From Bacteroidia bacterium (GTDB lineage Bacteria; Bacteroidota; Bacteroidia; AKYH767-A; 2013-40CM-41-45), in the NCBI GenBank assembly GCA_046330055.1, contig JAXLTM010000004.1, positions 2,547 to 66,546 of the forward strand: a DNA stretch of 64,000 bases, written 5' to 3'. The position numbers and the translations under genes were made by a program. The notes beneath the pieces were generated by a model, which saw only the letters and a program-made list of their open reading frames with translations, made no database searches and was not told where the DNA came from. Every line of letters begins with the position of its first letter. Positions within the stretch are counted from its first letter, which is position 1. This document shows, piece by piece, positions 46,946-54,314 of this stretch.

Positions 46946-47350
46946 TCAAGGTAATTCTGCAAATTTATCAGTCACCATTGGGACCATTTGAGATACAATA
47001 TTAGAACAATTGAAATTAATCAACAACCCTTTTGGTAATCCGGTAAGTTTTAGATATGTGAGCAATTGAGCCTTAAACACCGGGTTCAACGCTTCAACTG
47101 CCTTCAACTCCACAATCAGAATATCGTCTACTATCAAATCCGGGACATGATACGTTTTAATTTCCCTTCCTTTATAAAATACAGGAATTGCTTGCTGTGA
47201 TTTTACGGAATGACCTCTTGTTCTCAATTCTTCAATTAAACACAATTCATAAAAAGATTCCAGCAAACCCGGGCCGAGCTCTTTATGAACTTCAATTGCT
47301 GCGCCAATAACAGAATATGCAATCTTATTTACGATCTCTTTAGTAATCAC
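46946..47350 (-). CDS. GxxExxY-family protein (PD-(D/E)xK nuclease-like fold)
   Basis: 134 aa. VHKELGPGLLESFYELCL contains the GxxExxY signature. DLIVDDILIVELK is a D...ExK-like core. Confidence 0.75.
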   Translation of the reverse strand: MITKEIVNKIAYSVIGAAIEVHKELGPGLLESFYELCLIEELRTRGHSVKSQQAIPVFYKGREIKTYHVPDLIVDDILIVELKAVEALNPVFKAQLLTYLKLTGLPKGLLINFNCSNIVSQMVPMVTDKFAELP

Positions 47351-47477
47351 AAGACAAAAATAGATAGCTCACGACCAAGCTAAAACCAATATAATAAGGA
47401 ACTTAAATTGCTGAAAAAATACGGATGGGGTTTGGGGGTTTGTTGTATATTTAAGCACCCGAATTCTGAAAATCAGT

Positions 47478-49883
47478 ATGTTAGAGGCAGCGGCAAGGAT
47501 AATTTTACGGTACAGGCTCGTTACACTGATTGTGCTTTTAGCACTCACAGGCTTCATGGCCTATATGGCCACTTTTGTGAAGCTCAGTTATGAAGGCGCT
47601 AAGATTTTACCTCCCTCCGACTCCACCTATGCCGAGTATCTGAAGTTTAAGCAGAAATTCGGCGAAGACGGTACCGTCATGGTCATCGGTTTTCAAAGCG
47701 ACAGCATCTGGAACCGCCCGATGCTGGCCGACTGGTACGATCTGAGCATGAACGTCAAGTCAATCGAAGGAATTCAGGAAGTGATTTCGATTGCACGTGC
47801 TTTTTACGTCACACGAAACGACAGTCTGCACAAACTCGACTTCAAACCGCTGCTCAATCACCGGCCGGAATCACAGGCTGAAGCAGATTCACTGCGGGAG
47901 AAAATCAATCAGCTTCCGTTTTACGAAGGACTTCTCTACAATCCGGAAACGAAAGTTACGCTGATGGCGATTACACTCGATCAGACAAAGCTGAACACGA
48001 AAAGCCGCATCGACATCGTTAATCACGTTAAAGATCTGTCTGAACAATTTGCACAAAATCATAAAGTGCAATTGCACTACTCCGGATTGCCATATATCCG
48101 TACCGCTGTTTCGCAGAAAATTCTGGCGGAGATGAAAATGTTCATGGCCCTGGCTATTCTCGTGACGGCACTGATTCTTTTCTTCTTCTTCCGAAGTCTA
48201 TATCCGGTTATCTTCCCGATGATCGTCGTTATCTTCGGCGTTATTTTCTCCTTTGGCACACTTCATCTTTTCGGATTTAAAATTACCATTCTCACCAGTC
48301 TCATTGCTCCGCTGATCATCGTCATCGGCTTACCGAATTGCATTCTTCTTCTCAACAAATACCAGCAGGAATATGCGCGTCATGGAAATAAAGTAAAAGC
48401 TCTTGCCCGTTCCATCTATAAAATCGGCGTCTCTACTTTCTTTGCCAACGTTACGACTTCTATCGGATTTTTAGTTTTCGCCTTTACACAAAGTGATGTA
48501 TTGATTGAATTCGGTTTGATCGCTTCTATCAATGTAATGATCACTTATCTGATTTCATTGATTCTTATTCCGATTGTCTTTAGTTATCTTCCTGCTCCTT
48601 CGCCGAAACAAATTCGTCACCTCGACAGAAAAGCACTCAACTTCATTCTAGACAAAATCGATCATTGGGTGCATGCTTATCGTCCGCGCATTTATGTGAC
48701 TGTAATTCTCATTGTTGCCATCAGTATTTATGGCATGTTGAAGATTACAACCGTTGGCTACGTAGTGGATGATCTTCCGAAGAAAGACATCATTTACCGT
48801 GACCTGAAATTCTTCGAAGCTAACGTTCGCGGTGTGCTTCCTTTTGAAATCACGATTGACACGAAAAAAGAACGCGGTGCGCTTGAACTGAAGACACTTT
48901 ACAAAATCAATCGCGTTCAGAAAATTCTGGCCAACTACAAAGAATTCAGCGAGCCTGTTTCTATTGCGGAAGGAATTAAATTCTCCTATCAGGGCCTGAA
49001 CGATAACGATCCTAAACGTTACATCATTCCAACAGCGCAGGAACTTGCCCGTTTATCAGGCTATGCGACGGATGCGAAAGGAAATTCAAAAATGTTCAAG
49101 TCGATTATCGACAGCACCAAGCAGGTAACGCGCATCAGTTTTCAGGTAGCAGATATCGGATCAATAAAAATGAAAGCGCTGCTCGGCGAATTACGTCCGC
49201 GTATTGATAGTATTCTTGACCCGAAGGAGTACAATGTCCGAATCACCGGCAACTCCATCATCTTCCTGAAGAATAACGACTACCTCCTGCTTAATCTGAA
49301 AGAAAGTATTTTACTCGCCATTCTTCTGATCGGTTCGGTGATGTTCTTCCTGTTTATGTCGGTGCGAATGGTAGTGATTGCACTCATCCCAAGCATGACA
49401 CCGCTACTACTTACAGCTGCAATGATGGGCTACTTCGACATTGCACTTAAGCCATCAACGATTCTGATTTTCTCGATTGCCTTCGGTATTGCCTCTGACG
49501 GGACGATGTATTTCCTCACCAAGTATCGTCAGGAATTACGCAAGCATGGCGGAAGTATTTCAAAAACCGTTTCCACTGCCATTCAGGAAACAGGTCCGAG
49601 TATGATCTACACGGCCGTTATCCTCTTCTCCGGCTTTTTCATTTTCACTGCCTCCAGTTTCGGAGGAACTTCTGCACTCGGCATTCTGATCTCTGTAACG
49701 CTATTGATCGCCATGATTTCCAATTTGGTTTTCCTGCCAACACTTCTTCTTTCACTTGAAAAACGAATCATCACCCGTGCCTTCCTGAAGGAACCACTCT
49801 TCGTAGTCTTTGATGAAGATTCAGATGTGGAGTTGGAGGAGTTGGAGGTGAAGGTCGAAAGCGGGGAAGCGAAGGAAGATTAA
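47478..49883 (+). CDS. MMPL/RND-superfamily exporter (12 TM, two sterol-sensing-like bundles)
   Basis: 801 aa with two six-helix bundles, each preceded by a soluble loop. No adaptor or outer-membrane factor gene is adjacent. Confidence 0.75.
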   Translation: MLEAAARIILRYRLVTLIVLLALTGFMAYMATFVKLSYEGAKILPPSDSTYAEYLKFKQKFGEDGTVMVIGFQSDSIWNRPMLADWYDLSMNVKSIEGIQEVISIARAFYVTRNDSLHKLDFKPLLNHRPESQAEADSLREKINQLPFYEGLLYNPETKVTLMAITLDQTKLNTKSRIDIVNHVKDLSEQFAQNHKVQLHYSGLPYIRTAVSQKILAEMKMFMALAILVTALILFFFFRSLYPVIFPMIVVIFGVIFSFGTLHLFGFKITILTSLIAPLIIVIGLPNCILLLNKYQQEYARHGNKVKALARSIYKIGVSTFFANVTTSIGFLVFAFTQSDVLIEFGLIASINVMITYLISLILIPIVFSYLPAPSPKQIRHLDRKALNFILDKIDHWVHAYRPRIYVTVILIVAISIYGMLKITTVGYVVDDLPKKDIIYRDLKFFEANVRGVLPFEITIDTKKERGALELKTLYKINRVQKILANYKEFSEPVSIAEGIKFSYQGLNDNDPKRYIIPTAQELARLSGYATDAKGNSKMFKSIIDSTKQVTRISFQVADIGSIKMKALLGELRPRIDSILDPKEYNVRITGNSIIFLKNNDYLLLNLKESILLAILLIGSVMFFLFMSVRMVVIALIPSMTPLLLTAAMMGYFDIALKPSTILIFSIAFGIASDGTMYFLTKYRQELRKHGGSISKTVSTAIQETGPSMIYTAVILFSGFFIFTASSFGGTSALGILISVTLLIAMISNLVFLPTLLLSLEKRIITRAFLKEPLFVVFDEDSDVELEELEVKVESGEAKED

Positions 49884-50143
49884 TTCTGAATTCTGAATTC
49901 TGAATTCTGAATTCTGAATTCTGAATTCTGAATTCTGAATTCTGAATTCTGAATTCTGAATTTTAATTCTATAGGATTGAGATTGTGAAATAAAATTAAT
50001 TCTGAATTCTGAATTCTAAACTCAAATTCGAGAGGATTGAGATTGCGAAAGAAGATTAATGCTGAATTATAAATTCTAATTCTATAGGATTTAGATTGCA
50101 CAAGGAAATCAATTCAGAATTCAGAATTCAGAATTCAGAATTT
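49883..50143. repeat. Composite satellite: (GAATTCT)~11.5, three 53-60-bp units, then inverted (AGAATTC)~4.5
   Basis: The pure 7-mer array runs 49883-49963. aggatt(g/t)agattg cores sit at 49973, 50033 and 50086. The opposite-orientation array runs 50111-50143. Confidence 0.9.
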
Positions 50144-50173
50144 CACCTCACCTCTAGCCCACTCCCCCCTACT

Positions 50174-50440
50174 ATGTATACTATAAATTCATTTATTCTG
50201 TCGAGAATAAAAACGATTGAGATGATCGGTGTGCTCATGCGCATCTTTAGCTTTTCACTCGTAAGCTGGCTGGGACCGAATAGTCCGTTCGTTTTTGTTT
50301 GGGTCTTTAATACGACAGACGCTATACTTCTCTCCTGGTGCGCAATTCTGAAAAAAGACAAGGCTTATACTGTGCTAAACGTTTTCTGGGTGTTGATTGG
50401 GGTGATAGGGGTGGCAAGGGCGATGGGGTGGTTGCATTAG
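50174..50440 (+). CDS. Small hypothetical membrane protein (about 88 aa, 3 predicted TM)
   Basis: Start taken at MYTINSF, after the repeat-derived part of ORF 50096-50440. The body is hydrophobic (FSFSLVSWLG, FVFVWVF, VFWVLIGVIGV). No family recognised. Confidence 0.4.
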   Translation: MYTINSFILSRIKTIEMIGVLMRIFSFSLVSWLGPNSPFVFVWVFNTTDAILLSWCAILKKDKAYTVLNVFWVLIGVIGVARAMGWLH

Positions 50441-50487
50441 AATTCTGAATTCAAAATTCTGAATTCAGAATTCAAATTCGAAATTCC
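50439..50487. repeat. GAATTC-word array with internal orientation switches
   Basis: agaattctgaattcaaaattctgaattcagaattcaaattcgaaatt. It starts inside the TAG stop of the preceding ORF. Confidence 0.85.
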
Positions 50488-50693
50488 CCATAAATTAACC
50501 CTATAGTTATCGATGCCTTTTCTCTACTTAGAACTCATCTTATATTCCATCCATGAAAAGCTGATTAGTCGTTCATTAAACGAAGTTGGTTACGCAACAA
50601 AATGTAAATATCGCCACCATAGTTTGATGAACGACACGACACGTTCCTAATCTTTTAATTCGCAAAGGCGAACCTTGTGTCTTATTAGAGAGG

Positions 50694-50797
50694 GCAGAAA
50701 TAATTCAGAATTCAGAATTCAGAATTTTGATTCCCCTACCCTTGCCCAATTCAATATTCAATATCCAATATTCAATTTTCAATATTCAATATTCAAC
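50694..50797. repeat. Composite repeat, left copy: GCAGAAATAA, (AGAATTC)3, C-rich spacer, (ATTCAAT)n
   Basis: Read directly. It ends 3 nt before the decaheme cytochrome stop codon (50801-50803, minus strand). The partner copy is at 52317-52413. Confidence 0.8.
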
Positions 50798-50800
50798 CCC

Positions 50801-51634
50801 TCAATCCCCCTCACGCTCCTCGCCACCTTCATGCCCTTCTCCTCCTTCGTGTTCTTCGGCGCTTTTGTGGCAGGCAACGCAGTTTTGGAAATTACTGATT
50901 CCTTCCTTTAAATGCTTGCGTTCAATTTTGGATGGAGAATGCTCGTGACAATTGTAACAGGTGTACGATTTGTAATCACTTTGCTGATGACACGTTTTAC
51001 ATTCGGCATTGTGATCATGGTCGAGTACAAAATATTGGTCATGCTCAAATGTTGCAGGCTTCCATTGATCTGTCGAATGACAGGATTTGCAATTCCCGCG
51101 GATTTGAGAGTGCAGTTGGTCGGAAGGACGCTCATGGCAATCAGTGCATGAAACATTGTCGGCAAGACGTGAGTGATCAAAATGAGCCCCTTTCCATTGA
51201 TCGGTTTGGTGACAATCAACACACCTGTTTTCGAATTTGGAATGCACGTTGTCGGCAGGCGCCTGATGACACTTTGAACAATCATCCCTTACGGCAGATT
51301 GAATTAAGTCGTGTTGAAATTTCTGCAGACTGTTTGCCGGCTTTAACCCTTTGTGGTCGGTATGACAAGCCAGGCAATTATTTTCAGATAAAAACTTATG
51401 GAATATCGTTTTTGTAGAATCCCCCTTATCGTCTTTGCCGATTTCATCCGGCTTATGACATTCCAGACATTTTTCCACCACCACTCCGCGCATTGGCGAA
51501 TGGCATGAAGAACATTTCTCTTTTAATTTAATGTGGCCCTCTGACAGTGGTCCGGGATTAATCATCACCTGAGGGAAGAAATATATCAGTCCGATTAAGA
51601 TAATGACAAAAACAGTAAGCAGAATGTTTCGCAT
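50801..51634 (-). CDS. Membrane-anchored decaheme c-type cytochrome
   Basis: 277 aa with an N-terminal TM helix and ten CxxCH motifs (CSSCH, CLECH, CLACH, CSKCH, CVDCH, CTDCH, CKSCH, CKTCH, CYNCH, CVACH). Has an acidic/His tail EEHEGGEGHEGGEEREGD. Confidence 0.9.
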   Translation of the reverse strand: MRNILLTVFVIILIGLIYFFPQVMINPGPLSEGHIKLKEKCSSCHSPMRGVVVEKCLECHKPDEIGKDDKGDSTKTIFHKFLSENNCLACHTDHKGLKPANSLQKFQHDLIQSAVRDDCSKCHQAPADNVHSKFENRCVDCHQTDQWKGAHFDHSRLADNVSCTDCHERPSDQLHSQIRGNCKSCHSTDQWKPATFEHDQYFVLDHDHNAECKTCHQQSDYKSYTCYNCHEHSPSKIERKHLKEGISNFQNCVACHKSAEEHEGGEGHEGGEEREGD

Positions 51635-51637
51635 AGC

Positions 51638-52204
51638 TTAAAAGATCAAGACTGTGATAATGTGTAAGGCAGATAAAATTCCCAGCACTGCAGTAAACGG
51701 AAGATGAACGCTCCGCCATTTCTTCATGGCATCAACCATGATTGAATCGTAGTACAATTTATTTTCAACTTCCTCTTTTGACAGTCCGCTTTTGGTGAAA
51801 TACTCCTGCTTCTCTTTAAGTGTCTGTACTGATTTTTTGAGAAGGAATTTTCCTACTAATCCGCTCGCCACATTTACAAGCAATGCAACTATTGCCAGCC
51901 ATGGTAGTAATGCATTAAAGTGAATTCCGGCATGCACTAAGATCAGGACTGAGCCAATCCACGCCATGTATTCATGCGCCAGTAAAAGCGATTTAGGATT
52001 CCCCGAAGAAATAATTTTACGTTTCCGTAATGAATAGACAAAAGACACCAGAATGATACCCGTTCCAAAGTACCCCAGATAACGCCCTACATTCACCAAT
52101 TTGTATACATGCAACGCATAATCAATTCCCAATGCCACAATGATCATCAGTATGTACCATTGGAAAAACGGAAACACATACCGCACAAATACCGATCGGT
52201 TCAT
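51638..52204 (-). CDS. His-rich 5-TM membrane protein, putative haem-b/quinone-side partner of the decaheme cytochrome
   Basis: 188 aa. Its stop lies 3 nt from the cytochrome start. Intramembrane His residues occur in LHVY, AHEYMAW, LVHAGIHF, SVHLPF and SALHIIT. The function is inferred only. Confidence 0.55.
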   Translation of the reverse strand: MNRSVFVRYVFPFFQWYILMIIVALGIDYALHVYKLVNVGRYLGYFGTGIILVSFVYSLRKRKIISSGNPKSLLLAHEYMAWIGSVLILVHAGIHFNALLPWLAIVALLVNVASGLVGKFLLKKSVQTLKEKQEYFTKSGLSKEEVENKLYYDSIMVDAMKKWRSVHLPFTAVLGILSALHIITVLIF

Positions 52205-52316
52205 TTTCTCTCCCCCTAAATATTACACGGCAAATTTAATTGCAACACCACATTTTAAATATGACGTTGCTCAGCGGGTCGAGTTAAACAATGTTAAAAC
52301 AAGCCAAAAGCCAGAA

Positions 52317-52413
52317 GCAGGAAATAAAATTCTGAATTCTGAATTCTGAATTTGCAATACCCCGCAGCTCACCGCAATTTTCAATATTCAATATTCAATA
52401 TTCAATATTCAAT
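52317..52413. repeat. Composite repeat, right copy: GCAGGAAATAA, (GAATTCT)3, C-rich spacer, (ATTCAAT)n
   Basis: Read directly. The last 19 nt overlap the 3' end and stop codon of the 52395-53570 gene. Confidence 0.8.
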
Positions 52414-53570
52414 GCGACTGCCAACCACATTGCACCAAACGTAATCAGCTTGTATTGTTGAGTGAGTTGATTCAGCGAGCGGCCAATAAGACCGTCGGTG
52501 GTGAGAGTGGTGAGAGCGAAAACGAGAATGACTGAAATTAGAATAAACATCCACATCCTGCTTCTTGTTGTACTGCTGATTAAAAAGAAAAGAACATAAA
52601 ACATCGCAGGCAGCATGAGAAGAAAAGCATATTTGCCCTGATGAGGGAAGATAAGTGGCGTGATAAGGATGATGTAAGAGAGTTCTCTAAGACGGGAAGA
52701 ATTATTATTGGCAGGCTTGAATGGCGGCCAACGCAGGATATATAAGGTGAGACCGATGAAAATCAGACGGAGGATATTCACAATCATCAATACATGGTTT
52801 GCATCCCCTGAATAATAAGCCGGCACAAGAGCAGTAAATCCATGCATGCCGATTTCAGTTTCAAGTGTATGGTCAGCATTGAGCGGATTGATCGCTGACC
52901 ACCACTCTTTATGAATCATCAGATTCCAATCCCAGCCGGAATAAAACGCAGGGATGAACAGGCAGAGAATAGAAAAAAGAATTGTCCAGGTAAACGCCTG
53001 CCATCTGCTTCTGTAAATCAGATAAGGAAGAATTACAATCGGAAGAATCTTAATATTAATGGCGAGGGCAAGCAATATTCCGCCCTGTATGTTCTTGTTT
53101 TTTTCGAAAAGGTAATCGCTCTCCAGCATTGACCACAAAATGAAAATCGTCATTTGTATCATTCCGAAATTGTATTCGATGAAGCGATATGTCATTAATG
53201 TGGTTAGAAAAAGCAGGAGGGCTTTCTTCCCGTCACTAAGTTTTCCAAAAGCGACAAGACGTGTAAGCAATTTCCAAATTCGCAAGAGGAAGAGGACACT
53301 TAGTGTCAACCATAGAAAATTCGGGATGAAGGATGGGACATAGGTGAAAGGCAAAAGTATCAGCGAGAAAAGCGGACTGTAAAAGTAAAGGCAAGCTCCG
53401 CCATCGCCTGCAGGCAACCATTGATTGTACATTACCTTTCCGTCGCGGTAAAACTCCGAGGCTTCGAGAAATATCCGAAAATCGCCGGATGTGCGAAAGA
53501 ATCGCAGCACTAAAAGCGAGAGGGCGAACAAAATGATCGCCCCTGCTATTTTATATGTTTTACCTTTCAA
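52395..53570 (-). CDS. Polytopic membrane protein, GT87/DUF2029-like glycosyltransferase
   Basis: 391 aa with about 10 TM segments. The N-terminal loop motif (FYRDGKVMY...YFYSPLFSLILLPF) resembles DUF2029. The family call is from memory only. Confidence 0.45.
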   Translation of the reverse strand: MKGKTYKIAGAIILFALSLLVLRFFRTSGDFRIFLEASEFYRDGKVMYNQWLPAGDGGACLYFYSPLFSLILLPFTYVPSFIPNFLWLTLSVLFLLRIWKLLTRLVAFGKLSDGKKALLLFLTTLMTYRFIEYNFGMIQMTIFILWSMLESDYLFEKNKNIQGGILLALAINIKILPIVILPYLIYRSRWQAFTWTILFSILCLFIPAFYSGWDWNLMIHKEWWSAINPLNADHTLETEIGMHGFTALVPAYYSGDANHVLMIVNILRLIFIGLTLYILRWPPFKPANNNSSRLRELSYIILITPLIFPHQGKYAFLLMLPAMFYVLFFLISSTTRSRMWMFILISVILVFALTTLTTDGLIGRSLNQLTQQYKLITFGAMWLAVALNIEY

Positions 53571-53583
53571 TTGTCGGTAGAGA

Positions 53584-54096
53584 TTAATCCTTCAGATCAA
53601 AAGCCGCCTTCACTGCGGAGTAATTTGTCCAGTCAAGATCAGGATTCGCTTTTCTGCCTGCAGATGCAACAGCCACTACTTTTACAAAAACCGTTGAAGT
53701 AGGTGCCTGAGTAAAGAAGTCGCTGTCCTGCATATCGAGAACGAGATTATTCAACTGATAGGAAAAAATCCAAGACTCTGAGTAATTTGCAGAGCCGGTA
53801 CCTGTCGGATAGGTATATGGTAAGGCAGTCCACAATGTTCCGTTTCCGCTAACATACACATTCACGGCACCGGTATTTACGATGTCTTGTGTAAGAATGG
53901 AAATTATCTGCGATGTTTCCCAACGTTCTCCGGGTACGCCGCTGGTTCCGATATGATACCATTGATTGGCCGGAATGGAAAGTGTGACGGATTGCACATT
54001 GGCATTTCCCTGCGGGCCTTGCGGGCCTTCAGGGCCGCGTTCACAAGCTGAGAAGGAAATGACGAGAAGAAGAATGGCTAAGAATGGGGTTTTCAT
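53584..54096 (-). CDS. Lipoprotein with a short collagen-like G-X-Y stretch
   Basis: Has a LLLVISFSAC lipobox followed immediately by ERGPEGPQGPQGNA. No family recognised for the remainder. Confidence 0.6.
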   Translation of the reverse strand: MKTPFLAILLLVISFSACERGPEGPQGPQGNANVQSVTLSIPANQWYHIGTSGVPGERWETSQIISILTQDIVNTGAVNVYVSGNGTLWTALPYTYPTGTGSANYSESWIFSYQLNNLVLDMQDSDFFTQAPTSTVFVKVVAVASAGRKANPDLDWTNYSAVKAAFDLKD

Positions 54097-54136
54097 TGAT
54101 CTGATTTTTTTTCAAAGATAGAAGGATTGAGGTTTG

Positions 54137-54260
54137 TTTCCCACGGAAAGCGCGGAAATTAAATATTGAAATCACGGAAAGGGGTTCCCGCAGAAACGCG
54201 GACAAAAAGATAAAAGCGCAGACTTTCCCAACAAAGCAACCAAGCAACAAGGCAACTAAA
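54137..54260. repeat. About 125-bp 3'-flank element, copy 2
   Basis: tttcccacggaaagcgcggaaattaaatattgaaatcacggaaaggggttcccgcagaaacgcgg...aagcaaccaagcaacaaggcaac. Parallels 23394-23534 and lies 3' of a T9SS cargo gene. Confidence 0.75.
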
Positions 54261-54314
54261 AAAGGGGAGCTCCGCCCAACACAGAACTCCCCTGACCTGC
54301 AAGCAGGTTTATCT

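Noticed and set aside
49880-50101. 73-aa minus-strand ORF (NSEFRIQNSEFRIQ...)
   Set aside because: It is a translation of the GAATTCT array and its derived units, not a gene.
49960-50110. Possible mini-CRISPR: three similar cores of about 20 bp spaced 53-60 bp apart
   Set aside because: There are only three degenerate copies. The 'spacers' are themselves GAATTC-word repeats, no cas genes are present in the window, and the units are embedded in a microsatellite.
50908-51417. ORFs 50908-51285 (minus strand), and 50912-51151 and 50932-51417 (plus strand), overlapping the cytochrome gene
   Set aside because: The frame carrying ten CxxCH motifs and a signal anchor is clearly the real one. The others have no recognisable features.
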